The notes beneath the pieces were generated by a model. It was not told the DNA's origin and searched no databases. It was given only the letters and a program-made list of their open reading frames with translations. A DNA stretch of 56,285 nt. Origin: Parcubacteria group bacterium. GTDB taxonomy: Bacteria; Patescibacteriota; Minisyncoccia; Phycocordibacterales; WO2-35-19. The DNA is taken from assembly GCA_012514175.1 (NCBI GenBank), contig JAAZAU010000001.1, forward strand, positions 1 to 56,285. Direction: 5' to 3'. A program made the translations under genes and the position numbers. Below are positions 36,986-49,035 of this stretch, piece after piece (the stretch's first letter is position 1; the number at the start of each line of letters is the position of its first letter).

Positions 36986-39160
36986 TTATTCTAGGTGGAT
37001 TACTTGTTTTTCGGCTAAATGTTTAGCAAGGAGGGGGTATTTTTTTAATTCAAAATCTTTTTCAATCAAAGTTTGAGCTTCAGTTCGGGCAGCTTCAACC
37101 ATTTTGATATTTTGAAGAGCTTCCATAGCTAAATCAGAAATGCCCCATTGTTTAATACCAGAAAGGTCTCCAGCACCACGCTGTTTCAAATCGGCTTCGG
37201 CTAGCTCAAAACCATTTTTGGCGTTGACGAAAGATTTAAGTCGGGAAATGGTTTTTGTTGATTTACTTTCAGTGAAAACAAAACAATAAGGTTTAAAAGA
37301 ACTTCTGAGAACCCGGCCACGCAGTTGATGAAGTTGAGCTAAACCAAATCTTTCTGCGTTTTCAATTATGATAACTGTGGCGTTAGGGATATTAACTCCA
37401 ACTTCTACGACTGAAGTAGCTACTAAAATATCAGCTTTTTTATTTTTAAAATCTAACATAACCTGCTCTTTTTCAGCGGGTTTTAATTTTCCAGTTATGG
37501 CAGAAACTTTAAATTCTGGAAAAATTTTCTTTTGAAGTCTTTCGGTTTCTGATTTGACAGATCTTGCGTTTATGGCGGTTTCTTTTTCTGGATCAGGGTC
37601 ATTAATACGCGGACACACAACAAAAGCTTGTCGTCCGTTTCGTAATTCATTTCTTACTTTTTCATAAACTTTTTCTCTTTCGTGAGGTAGAGCTATTTTG
37701 GTTTCTGGTAATTGTCTACCGGCTGGCAATTCGTCTAAGATTGATAAATCTAAGTCGCCAAAAATTGTTAGAGCTAAAGTGCGAGGGATAGGGGTTGCGG
37801 TCATAGAAAGTAAATGGGGCGCTATATCGTGTTTGCGACGCAATTGCATCCTTTGTTTAACTCCAAAGCGGTGCTGTTCATCTATGATGATAAGCGCTAA
37901 ATTTTTAAATTTAACAGTTTTTTGGATGAGGGCGTGGGTGCCAATCAGAATTGGGATCTCACCGTTTGCTACCCACTTCAAAAGTTGCGGTTTAGAAATT
38001 TTCGTCCATTTATTTTTATCTGTTTTGGAAGGAAATTTTTTAGCGCCACTGCCCGTGATTAGTCCGATTGCAAGTTTGTGTTTGGAAAAATATTCTATGA
38101 AAGATTCAAATTGTTGTTCGGCTAAAATTTCGGTTGGTGCCATGTAGGCGATTTGTAAGTTGCCCGCTTCTGCTGGCAGGTCGGTTTTGGAATTTATCGG
38201 AGTGGTTTTAGCGGTTGCGAAAGCGATAGTAGCCGCTACTGCTGTTTTGCCCGAACCAACATCTCCTTCCAAAAGACGCGACATCGGATGCCCGCTTTGC
38301 AAATCTTTAAAGATGGTTTTTATAGATTTAGATTGAGCTGAAGTTAGGGGAAAAGAAAAATCTTTTGTGAATTTTTTTACTTCTAAGTTTTTTTCCGGTA
38401 TAACGAAAGATTTTTCTTTTCTAGCCAAATATCTTTCTTTTTGGCGATCAAGTTGCACAAGAAATATTTCTTCAAAAGCAAATCTTTTTCTAGCTATTTC
38501 GGCGTCTTCTTTTTTTCTAGGGGAATGAATCCAGATGATTGCTGTTTTAAGAGAGGGAAGGTGATATTTTTCCAAAATATTTTTTGGAATAGGGTCTTTT
38601 AAATTTTCCAAAATTCCATTTCTAAATACTTTTTGTAAAGCATGATAAATCCAATTTGAGGAAATACCTCGGCTTTCTGGATAGATTGGAGATAAGTTAA
38701 GATTGTTTTCGCCAGAAAATAATGAACCGCTAATTTCTTCGGGGATTTTGTTTACCTTTTCTATTTTGGGATTAAGAATGCTTAGTTCGCCATTTTTTTC
38801 TGAAATCTTGCCTTCTAGTCTTACCAAATTTCCTTCAGAAAACATTTTGGCGATATAGGGTTGACTAAACCAAATTAATTTTATTTTACCAGTTTGATCT
38901 TCAACTTCAGCGGTGGAAATAGCCACTTTTGATTTAAAAGTTTTACCTAATTTAAGTTTGGAAATTTTGCCAAATATAACCGCTTTCTCGCCGGCTGTTA
39001 AAAATTCTATGGATTTTACCAAACCAGCTTCTCCATAACGAGTTGGAAAATGTCGGATTAGATCAGAAACTTTTAACAGACGCATTTTAGCGAGCGCTTT
39101 TTTTTGGAATGGTGATAACCGAAATATTTTTTCAAGAGGGGTTTCTGGTTGGATAATCAT
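36986..39160 (-). CDS. recG: ATP-dependent DNA helicase RecG
   Basis: GDVGSGKT, MAPTEILA, DEQHRFG, MTATPIPRTL, QLHQLRGRV, RGAGD. Confidence 0.96.
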   Translation of the reverse strand: MIIQPETPLEKIFRLSPFQKKALAKMRLLKVSDLIRHFPTRYGEAGLVKSIEFLTAGEKAVIFGKISKLKLGKTFKSKVAISTAEVEDQTGKIKLIWFSQPYIAKMFSEGNLVRLEGKISEKNGELSILNPKIEKVNKIPEEISGSLFSGENNLNLSPIYPESRGISSNWIYHALQKVFRNGILENLKDPIPKNILEKYHLPSLKTAIIWIHSPRKKEDAEIARKRFAFEEIFLVQLDRQKERYLARKEKSFVIPEKNLEVKKFTKDFSFPLTSAQSKSIKTIFKDLQSGHPMSRLLEGDVGSGKTAVAATIAFATAKTTPINSKTDLPAEAGNLQIAYMAPTEILAEQQFESFIEYFSKHKLAIGLITGSGAKKFPSKTDKNKWTKISKPQLLKWVANGEIPILIGTHALIQKTVKFKNLALIIIDEQHRFGVKQRMQLRRKHDIAPHLLSMTATPIPRTLALTIFGDLDLSILDELPAGRQLPETKIALPHEREKVYEKVRNELRNGRQAFVVCPRINDPDPEKETAINARSVKSETERLQKKIFPEFKVSAITGKLKPAEKEQVMLDFKNKKADILVATSVVEVGVNIPNATVIIIENAERFGLAQLHQLRGRVLRSSFKPYCFVFTESKSTKTISRLKSFVNAKNGFELAEADLKQRGAGDLSGIKQWGISDLAMEALQNIKMVEAARTEAQTLIEKDFELKKYPLLAKHLAEKQVIHLE

Positions 39161-39165
39161 TGTGG

Positions 39166-39423
39166 TTATTGAGGAAGGAGAGTGCCATCTTCAAAAATGG
39201 GAGCGGTGCTACTAGCGGTGGGACAAGGATCAAACTCGCAGTTTGGACCGCTTCGCCCTACATAAGAACCGTCAGGACATAATTTAGCATCGGCGGTGCA
39301 GACTACCGGCTCTAGTTCGTTAGGATTTTTATATTCAACAGGTTTGGAATTATAGATATAAAGCAGGCCTCCAGAAATAAAAACTATGGCTACAAAAGTT
39401 AAAACAAAAATTTTATTATCCAT
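39166..39423 (-). CDS. Small membrane-anchored cysteine-motif protein
   Basis: N-terminal TM helix, CTADAKLCPDGSYVGRSGPNCEFDPCP. Confidence 0.75.
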   Translation of the reverse strand: MDNKIFVLTFVAIVFISGGLLYIYNSKPVEYKNPNELEPVVCTADAKLCPDGSYVGRSGPNCEFDPCPTASSTAPIFEDGTLLPQ

Positions 39424-39435
39424 ATTTTAATACTA

Positions 39436-40365
39436 TTATTTATTAACAAAAAATTCCACTAACACAAAAATTACCCAAAACACAAACAACACAAAAGCCT
39501 CTTTTTTTGTTAAAGTTTTGCCACTTCTCATAAAATGCAAAAGCATAAAAGCTGCTACTACCATAAATACACCAGTTACATAAACGATTCTAGGAGGAAA
39601 AGAAAAAGGGTTGATAAGTGCTAATATACCAACTAGGATTGTGGCGTCAGCAAGGACTGTGCCGAGCAAATCGCCGATAGCCAGAGAATCATCATTTCTT
39701 TTCAGTGATTCTAAAGAGAAAAATAATTCTGGCATAGTGGTGCCGAGACCAACAATGAGCATCCCAATAAGCACAGGATTTATACCAATCTTTTCAGCTA
39801 AGAGAGTGGCTGAATTTACAGTGAAATAAGAACCAGCAAGGAGTATTGCCATACTACCAAACAAAAAAATAAAATTTTTCCACCTGTTTTTGGGTTTGTA
39901 TGCAATTATAGGTTCGCCCGCCTCTCTTTTTATGGTTGTGTAATAAAATATAGCCCCGATGATTACTAGAACTAATCCTTCAATGCGTGAAAAATGTCCG
40001 TTTAAACCAAAAATTAAAGGTATAAGTAATATAAAGGGATAAATCGTGTGGTTTTTTATAATCTTACTTTCTACTTTTAAGTTTCTTCCAGTGAAAAATA
40101 CGAGAATAGCAAAAATCAAAGTGAGGTCTGCGATGTTGGAACCAAACAAAGTGCCAAGACCAAAATCGGGAACACCTTGTAAGCTTGAATTGATGGAAAC
40201 AAACGCTTCAGGCAAAATTGAAATAATGGCTATTATGATAAAACCAACTGTATATTTTGAAAGGTGGTAACTTTTTGCCAACTTGTCGGCATATCTGGTT
40301 GATAAAGTGGCGCCTTTGATAACCAAAAACAGCGAAAAACAAAAAATTAAAAATGCTTGAATCAT
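39436..40365 (-). CDS. Ca2+/cation antiporter (CaCA, YrbG-like)
   Basis: Two alpha repeats (SILPE...GSNIAD; GTTMPE...GDLLGT), about 10 TM helices. Confidence 0.88.
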   Translation of the reverse strand: MIQAFLIFCFSLFLVIKGATLSTRYADKLAKSYHLSKYTVGFIIIAIISILPEAFVSINSSLQGVPDFGLGTLFGSNIADLTLIFAILVFFTGRNLKVESKIIKNHTIYPFILLIPLIFGLNGHFSRIEGLVLVIIGAIFYYTTIKREAGEPIIAYKPKNRWKNFIFLFGSMAILLAGSYFTVNSATLLAEKIGINPVLIGMLIVGLGTTMPELFFSLESLKRNDDSLAIGDLLGTVLADATILVGILALINPFSFPPRIVYVTGVFMVVAAFMLLHFMRSGKTLTKKEAFVLFVFWVIFVLVEFFVNK

Positions 40366-40542
40366 TTTTCAATTGTCTCATCTTTTATCTTAAAATCCAA
40401 ATATTTATAATAGTGTTAATAATTACGATGTTACCAAGTCTTTAATTTAAAAATACGCCTTTTTTACTTTGTGTTTTAGTTTTTCATCTTTGTGGAATTC
40501 GTTGGTTATTTTTTTGATACAATTTGATACAATAAAAGCGTC

Positions 40543-43500
40543 ATGATTAGAAATTTTAATTTTAAATTACTGACAATTGTTGTCGGGGTTGTTGTTTTGA
40601 TTTTAGGACCATCAATTTTCGGAGGTGATGTTCCTGTTGTATCAGCGTCATACGATCCTGGCTTGTTTGTTACCACATGGCAAACTAATGTAGATGGGGC
40701 GACTGAACCAACTACAGTTACTCTAAATTTTCAATTATCTGGGGCGACGGGATATTATTATGTTGATTGGAGATGTAATGGTGATTTTCGGGTTGTTGAT
40801 AAAAATAAAGTTGTTTATGACTACGAAGAAGAAGGCACTTTTGATATTTGTATAAAGTCACCAGTTACCTCCTTGGCTTTTTCTGCTCCCGGTCTTGCAA
40901 CTGACGAAAGGGCCAAACTTCAAGAAATTAAACAATGGGGCAATATTAAGTGGTCAAGTTTTGCCAAAGCTTTTCAAAGTATGCCAAATATGCAACTTAC
41001 CGCGGATGACGTGCCAGATTTGTCACAAGTCAAAGATATGTCTTTTGCTTTTGAAAAACAAATTTTGATGGCAATGAGTCTATGAACCGTTGGAATACTG
41101 GCAATGTAACTAATATGGCGGGTATGTTTAGAGATACTCCTAACTTCAACGCTCCTATTGGCAGTTGGGATACTAGCAAGGTTACTAGTATGCACGCTAT
41201 GTTTAATAATGCCACTATTTTTAATCAAGATATTGGAAACTGGCAGACTGGGAATGTTATCAATATGTCAAATATGTTTAGTGGGGCTACAAAATTCAAT
41301 CAGGATATTAAGAAGTGGCAAACAGGCAAAGTTATAAATACCGCCGGTATGTTTATGAACACTTCATTCAATCAAGATATCTCAAATTGGAACACCAACA
41401 GCTTTACTAATATGGGATATATGTTTAAGGGTGCTGTAACCTTCAACCAGCCAATTGGTTCTTGGAATGTTTCAAAGGTATACAATATGGACCGATTGTT
41501 TGAAAATGCCGCAGCTTTTAACCAGCCGCTTGGCAGTTGGAATTTATCAAGCACTACCAATATGGCAGGTATGTTTAGAGGCGCTGTTCTGTTTAACCAA
41601 CCAATTGGTAATTGGGATACTTCAAATGTGAGCAATATGGGCGCGGTGTTTAGTGGCGCTAAAGCTTTTAATCAAGATATTTCAAATTGGAATGTTGAGA
41701 AAGTTACCACTTTTCATCAAGTACTCAACAACTCTAATATGAATCCGGATAACTACGATAAATTGTTAAACCGCTGGAGTTCACAGAACGTTTGGTCCGA
41801 TGTGTTATTTGGTGCAACCGGTGTTTATTACTGTGGTGCGGGACAAGCTAGAAGCACCTTGGCTAGCACTTATAGATGGGAAATCACTGATGGTGGTAAA
41901 AATTGTCCGCCATGGGATTTGACTTTATCTGACGATGAAATTTTTGAAAATACTACTGAAGTCGGTACGGTTTCGGCGCTTGACGAAGCAGCTACTATTA
42001 GATATTCCTTAGTTCCAGGTGAGGGAAGTGAAGATAATACAAAATTCTCTCTTGATCTAACTAGTGGAAAGTTAGTTTTTATCAAAGCCCCAGATTTTGA
42101 AAAACCAACTGATATTGGCGATCCAGACAAAGAAAACACCTATTCTATCCGAGTGCGAGCGACTGACGCGACAGATTTGTATTCCGAAGAAGTTTTCATA
42201 ATTACCGTGCTTGATGTTGATGATGTCGCGCCAGTTATTACAATTGATGCTCCCACCAAAATGAACGAAAACAGTATTACCAATACCACCTTTACTGTTT
42301 CTGATCGTTTCTCAATTAGAGATGTTGTGGTTGATACTTCTAGTGTGGCTGCTGCTACGGGTATTAATTGTAAACCAGCCCCTAATGCGTCTACAACAGA
42401 CATAAATTTTCCGTTTGTAAACACTAACCCTAGCCCAACTAATCATTTGGTGCTTGAATGCACAATTGAAATTATTAGTTCGGGTAAACTAGTTCTGAGA
42501 GCCATTGATAAGGCTGGTTATAGCTCTACGAAGACGGAAGAAGGTTATGTGATTGACTCTTTGGGTCCAACCTTTACGGTGGCCAATGTTGATATCACGT
42601 CTCCGGGAAATAGTTTATTTTCACCAACGGTTAGATTCAATGCTGTGGCTCCAGTTGGAGTTAAAGAATACGAAATTATTTATACCGAAAACAATGGCGT
42701 GGAAGGAACGTGGGATCTGGAGAAAACTACTCAAAAGGTGGGTCATACTGGACAGTTGCAACAATGGAAACTTGATCTTGATCCTGATAAGGATTCACAC
42801 GTAGTGGAAATCAAAGCTTACAGTAATGCTAATAAAGCTACTACTAGGAGAATTACTTTTCCGTTAGAGGTGACTATGACCGCTCCAACAATTATTAGTA
42901 ACAAAACTATCAATGACACCAAAGTCACGATTACTACACCTAATGTCGGTAACGAAATTGGTAATATAGAATTTACTGGTTCGGCTTCGTCTAGCGTGAG
43001 TTTAGGGGAGTGTAGAGATTCCGATGGTAACATTGTCACTTCTTCATACACCACAAGTGTAACTTGTGAAGTTTTAGGTATTCATAATACCGGTATGTTG
43101 GAGATTAAAGCTACGGATCTTGGCACTAATATGACTGGTAGCAACCAACAAAAATATTTTTATGATACAGAAGCCCCAACCACTACTGTGAGTGCGCCAA
43201 CCAAAATTAAAAAAGATGATATTGACGACATCTCAATTACTGTAACCGACAATGTTGAAATGTATGCTAGTAGCACTTCGCTTGTGACAGATTCAACCAC
43301 TGCCTCGGTTACAAATTGGGACTGTCAAATTTGTGATATTGATCGCCGAAAATTAAATTGTGCTGCTACGGTTGCTAGCTCGGGTGATATAGTTTTTCGG
43401 TCAACTGATCAGGCGGGCAATACTTCTACTACCACTATAGCCGGTTTTGTTGTTGACCGTGTGGCGCCAGTTGTGGTCATTAGCACTTCAACTTCTATTA

Positions 43501-45104
43501 TTAATAATAACAATCACACTAACTACACTTTGTCGGGTGAATGCACAGCAGGTGACGATAATTTGTTGGTAACAATCGGTGAGCAACCTTATGTCACAGC
43601 TTGTGACGCTTATGGTCAGTGGACTTTGTCGGCCGATTTATCTAGTTATGATGATGGTGCAATTGCTGTTACTGCTCAACAAGCTGACGCTGTTGGCAAC
43701 GAAACGACAACCAATGGCAGTCTCCTCAAAGACACGATAGCTCCGACCATAAGTTTTATCAATAAAATTACTAATGTTACTTCACCGCAACTAATCGGTC
43801 TGGTTAATGAAGCAACGACAACAATCACAATTACAATTGATGGCAATGATTATTTTGCTGACAACAAAGGTGACGGCACTTGGGAATTGTCGGCAGGACA
43901 AATCAACGCTTTAGCTGATGGGGTTTATGCGGTTAGCATCACTGTTTTGGGTCAATCCGGTAATACTAGAAATTACTATTATCCCAGCGGTTTAACAATT
44001 GATACTGTTCTTCCGGATGTGACTATTGAGCAAGCTCCTACTCAAGCCGATCCGACTAACGTCAATCGTGCTGAATTTATTGTTGAGTTTTCAAAAGAAA
44101 TCCACGGAGAGCTTCTCTTGGCGAGCGATTTTACAATCACGGGCTCAAGCGGGGTGGTTGGGTTGGAAAAAATTGATAACCGTAAATTTAAAGCAGTAGT
44201 AACCAATATGACAAGCGGAGAAACAGTCACTTTAAGTCTTCAAGCTAACAAGGTTCAAGATGTGGCTGGCAACTTTAATACCGCCTCGGTTTCAGTTGAT
44301 AATCAGGTTACCTACAGAGCGGACAATATAACTGTTTCTGAAAATAAACCTTCTGGGTCTGGATTTAGAACCCGAACCAAAACTGATCTTTGGTTTGATG
44401 ATTTGGTTCATAACGTTAATACAGTTGCTAAAAATTTCAATTTCAGTCTTCCTACTTTTTCAACTGACTCCATTTGGTCACCTAACAAATCAATCACAGC
44501 ATCAGGTTCTTCTTTATTCTCTTCGCCAAAAAAGTTTTATCTAAAAGATCAATATGGTAACCAGGGTAAATCAAATATTGTTAATCGGGCGATTATTGTG
44601 GTTTTGGATGGTTCTTGCCAAGCCAATGTTATAAAAGCTAACAGCTTAAAGGGTAACATTAAAGCTCCCGAACAAGGTGTTGAAATTATTGGTGGTCTGA
44701 CTTACAAGTTGGACTGTGAAAAACTTGGTGGTGATGCTACTGTTGGTGTTGTTTTAGGAGAGTATTACCCAAATCTTGATATCTTACGTATTTACAAGAA
44801 GCAAGATGGCGAACTGGTTGATATTACAAAAGTTGTTAATTTATATAACGAGAACAAGGAAACCAGAATGACTTTAACTCTCATTGATGGCGCTGATTAT
44901 GACGAAGACGGCAAGCCAAACTATGAAATTCTTGATCCGCTTTATGTTGGTGTTTACAAGGAGTCAGCGACAACCACATCTACTGATATCGCTGAAAACG
45001 AAGGTTGTTCTTGGAAATTTATCGTTACCATTTTGGTTGTCTTAATGGTTGTAGTTATAATATTTTTAGTAGCCAAAAAGGAAAGACAAAACAAACGCAG
45101 GTAA
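40543..45104 (+). CDS. Large surface protein (DUF285/BspA-like repeats, cadherin and Ig-like domains, C-terminal TM), frameshifted near 41054-41058
   Basis: Signal peptide, FVTTW/QWGNIKW domain, tandem WNTSxVTNMxxMF..FNQxIxxW repeats, PDFEKP cadherin motif, DTxAP Ig linkers; two overlapping ORFs join by adding one A to an A5 run. Confidence 0.8.
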
Positions 45105-45150
45105 ACTTTTAAGGAGTAACAAGCAAGTTTCTAAGTGTGTGAATAGTAAA

Positions 45151-46557
45151 TTATTTTTCTTTAACTAATTCGTCAGCTATTTCAAAGATATCTCCAGCTC
45201 CCATTATCAGCACTACATCATCAGAACAAACTTTTTCTTTAATAAGTTGCATCGTTTCAGACAAATTTTCGGTATATGCGACTTTTCCTGCAAGTTTTGG
45301 ATTATGTTTTTCAATATCGCGTGCTAAATCACAAGAACTAATATTTTGATCTTCTTTTTCTTCGCGTCCAGTGACATCATAAATTTCTGAAAGAATAATT
45401 TGATCAGCAAAATCAAAAGCGCAAACAAAATCGTTGTAAAGTCCGCGTAGGCGATTGTGTTGATGCGGTTGAAAAATCGCGACAATGCGTTTGTTTGGAT
45501 AAAATTCTTTGGCGGCTTTTAGTGTTTCCTTAACGGCGGTTGGGTGGTGAGCATAATCAGAAATAATCAAGGCTCCGCGATACTCTCCTTTAACTTCAAA
45601 TCTTCGCCAAATTCCTGAGAAATTTTCAAGCGACATTTTGATTTTTTGGATATCAATACCAAAATAAACACCGATTGCGACAGCAACAAGCGCGTTTAAA
45701 GCGTTAATTTCACCAGGAACCTTCAAGACAAATTTTCCCAGATTTTTTTCTTGATGAAAAACATCAAAAATGGTCTTTCCTTTTTCTGTCTCAAAATTTT
45801 GGAAATAAAAATCATTTTGGTTGTTTTTGCCAAAATAAAAAATTTGTACGTTTGGTTTTTGGGTCTGTATTCTTTGAGCAACTTCTCGTGTTTCTTTACT
45901 GTCGCCATTTGCAAACAAAACTCCGTTTGTCGGCAGGTGTTCACAGAACTCCGCAAAAGCGTCTTTCATTTTTTCTACATTTTCATAATAATCGGTATGA
46001 TCCAACTCAATATTATTAAGCGCGATTATTTGCGGATAAAGACTTATAAAATTCTTGCGATATTCGCAAGCCTCAGCCACAAAAATTTCTCCTTTACCTA
46101 CACGTAAATTACCTTGATAGCGGGGGACAATACTACCCACCAAAACCGACGGATCCAAATCTCCATCTTCAAGAACAGCTCCTGTCATTGCGGTAACGGT
46201 TGACTTCCCGTGTGTTCCACAGATTGCTATACCTTTTTTCACATTAAAAATCATCCCCAATGCCTCACCGTAAGTGGCGGTTTTAATACCTTTTTCTTTG
46301 GCGACACACAACTCCGGATTACTTACTGGAACGGAGGCAGAATAAACAATTAAATCAATGTCATCGGTTATATTTTCGGCAACTTGCGAATAATTTATTT
46401 TAATACCTTCTTTTTCCAATTGTTTCGTTACTGCTGACGATTTAAGGTCAGACCCAGCTACTTCTTTTCCTGTTGTCAGTGTATAACGAGCGATTGCGCT
46501 CATCCCAATTCCACCCACACCCACAAAATATATTTTTTTTGCTTTGGTTATGCTCAT
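45151..46557 (-). CDS. murC: UDP-N-acetylmuramate--L-alanine ligase
   Basis: GVGGIGMSAIA, GTHGKST, EACEY, DHTD, RRFE, DYAHHP, FQPH, MGAGD. Confidence 0.95.
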   Translation of the reverse strand: MSITKAKKIYFVGVGGIGMSAIARYTLTTGKEVAGSDLKSSAVTKQLEKEGIKINYSQVAENITDDIDLIVYSASVPVSNPELCVAKEKGIKTATYGEALGMIFNVKKGIAICGTHGKSTVTAMTGAVLEDGDLDPSVLVGSIVPRYQGNLRVGKGEIFVAEACEYRKNFISLYPQIIALNNIELDHTDYYENVEKMKDAFAEFCEHLPTNGVLFANGDSKETREVAQRIQTQKPNVQIFYFGKNNQNDFYFQNFETEKGKTIFDVFHQEKNLGKFVLKVPGEINALNALVAVAIGVYFGIDIQKIKMSLENFSGIWRRFEVKGEYRGALIISDYAHHPTAVKETLKAAKEFYPNKRIVAIFQPHQHNRLRGLYNDFVCAFDFADQIILSEIYDVTGREEKEDQNISSCDLARDIEKHNPKLAGKVAYTENLSETMQLIKEKVCSDDVVLIMGAGDIFEIADELVKEK

Positions 46558-46684
46558 CCTCTTTTCTTTGATGATTTGATTATACCACCATAAAGGTGTT
46601 TCATTTATAGCCAAAGAATTATATCCCTTTGATTTATAAAATGTGTGTGTTAAATTATACTGTGAAGTTATAACAACAACGTCT

Positions 46685-47856
46685 ATGAGTTTTGAAAAGC
46701 CGAAACCGGCACAAATAGAAAAAAGTCAAGAAAAGGAGCTTATTTTACAGCGTATTGAGAAAATAAAAGACTTGTGGTCGGTTTTGCAAAAACATTGGGA
46801 AGATAGTGGTGTGGCGGATCCGCTTGCTGAAATTTCCTCAGAAGTAACGCAAGCTGAAGAATTATTCAAGAGTGAAATTGTCAAAATGCTTGCTTGTTCT
46901 CCAGAGGAAGCGGAGGTGCTTTACGAAGAAGCAAGGAGGATCAAGGCTGATACTATTGGCGAACCAATTCATCTGAGGGCAGCGATATATGTTACAAATG
47001 TATGTAGACAAAATTGCCGTTGTTGCACGATGAGGAGTGATAATCTCAAAGAGGGAACAGTTGAAAGAAAAAGAATGAATAAGGATGAAATTGTGGAAGC
47101 GATTGTGCAAGCGCGTGAGGGGGGGGAATTAAAGACATATTTATTCAAGGAGGAGAGGATGTGGAAATCATCTCGACAGTTATTGAGGCGGTGAAAAAGG
47201 CCAAAGAAGACTACCACGACATTGATATAACTCTTAGTTTCGGAAATTTGTCACAGGAACAGTATAAGGAAATTTATGATGCAGGCGTAAGAAAGTATGT
47301 TATTAAAATTGAAACTGCTAACTCAAGAATTCATGAGGAGCTTAGAAGCCGAACTATTCAAGATCGTATCAATTATATGGTGTCCGCCAAAGAAGCGGGG
47401 CTTGCAATTGGTTCAGGGAACATTATAGGATTACCAGGTCAAACAGATGATGATCTTGCGTCCGATCTCATTTTTCTTGGTCGGTTTGGGGTTGACGAAA
47501 TGATAAGTAGCACGACCTACACACCATCCGAAGTTTTGCCGGAACCATACAATAGACAACCGGCTGGTGATTGGGAAAAGACCAAAAGATTCATTGCATT
47601 ATTGCGCTACCTTTTTCCGAAAGCATATATTGAAGTTCCAAGTAATGTTGACGGGCAGGGAATAATAAGAAAAAACCAAGAAATACTAGGTCAAACCGAA
47701 CTGATTATGGCGGGCGCTAATGACATGCTGGTTGAGTTTACTCCTCAAGAAATGGCTAAGAGTTATGGCGCAACTGCTACTCCAGAAAATCGCCATGTGG
47801 TAAATATGGAAGTCGCGCAAAGAGTGGTTGCGGAGGTGGAAAAACTCTCCAAATAA
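46685..47856 (+). pseudogene. Radical SAM enzyme (BioB/HydE/PylB-like), frameshifted at G8 run 47119-47126
   Basis: TNVCRQNCRCC (CxxxCxxC); restored frame IFIQGGED, LSFG, KIET, GSGNIIGLPGQT, AGAN. Confidence 0.75.
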
Positions 47857-47883
47857 ATCTTTTTGTCTTTTTGCACCTTGTTA

Positions 47884-48913
47884 TTACCCTTTTTTGATAA
47901 TTTTAAAAATTGAAGCCTTTTTCCTGGAAACCAAAATCTTCAGTTTCTTTTGACCTTCAAAAAAATTTTTGAATTGAAGTATTGCTCCCTCAAATTTTTC
48001 AACAGAGCCGGTTAAGATAACAGCAATTCCTTTATTAACGAGCATTCGTTTGAATGCTTTCAACATATCAATATAGAAAGCAACCAGATTGTCAATTTTT
48101 TGATATTCTCCCCACGGAGGATCTGTAATAATCTTGTCCATGGTTTCATCCTTGATCTCTTTTAAGTTCAAGGCGTTAGCGCACAAAATTTCTATATTCC
48201 TATGTTTACTTAGATTGTTTTTTAATTTTAAAGTTAGGCTTTTATCTTGATCTACTGCAATTAAAAATTTGTATGGAAAACTATGGATTCTTTCTTTGGG
48301 AATAGCGCCATAACCAGCAAACGGATCTAGAATAATGTCTTTAGGAGAAGGGGCTGACAAAAAAGATAAAAGGTGAGCCAATTCTGTTTTGAGTTTGCCT
48401 TTTTGTTTTGATTTAATTTTGTCATAGTTATATGAAATTCTGGTGCCAAAAAAATCAATTCCTTCGGACCTCAAAATAAACCAAAATTCCAAATCAGGGT
48501 TCTTTACGCTTAGTTTGAGATCTTCTATAAAACACAACTTCTCTTCTAATTTTTTTACTAAACCGCGATCAACTGAAATCATTTGATTTGCTAAAGAAAA
48601 AACAATCTTAAACCTTCTTCTTTTAGGGGGGGGGCAGACTACTCTTGATTAGGGGAATAAAGTTTTTAACCCCCAAAACTTTTTTTACCATTAGAACAAA
48701 ATATTCACTCGTTGGGTTTGCATCTTTAAACTCGTATAGCAATCTAAAAACATTATTTAGAAAACGATAATTTCTTACGTCTCTTTCGGTTGCCTTAGTC
48801 TCAAATACAACTAAACCATCAAAGATTTTAATATCTTAGCTTTTCCTTTTTTTGAGCAAAATCTCAATTATTTCTTGAGTCCCACTAATAAATGTTGAAA
48901 AATAAACTTTCAT
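47884..48913 (-). pseudogene. RNA methyltransferase (Trm11/UPF0020-like), N-terminus disrupted
   Basis: LDPFAGYG and ITDPPWG in 47884-48582; upstream frame from ATG 48913 has an in-frame TAA and a frameshift in a C9 run (48626-48634). Confidence 0.7.
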
Positions 48914-49035
48914 ATGTTTTTTGTAAATACTTTGTTGAATTTATCATGGGTCACAAGTTTGGGTTCTTCTTAAACTTTATTAAAATACTCGCAATTTGTT
49001 TTGCTTTAGTTTACACTTCCTGCAACTTTACGTCT

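Noticed and set aside
41085-41760. ~75-bp periodic repeats as a CRISPR array or DGR template
   Set aside because: Degenerate in-frame protein repeats (DUF285-type); no constant DNA repeat with unique spacers, no cas or reverse transcriptase gene
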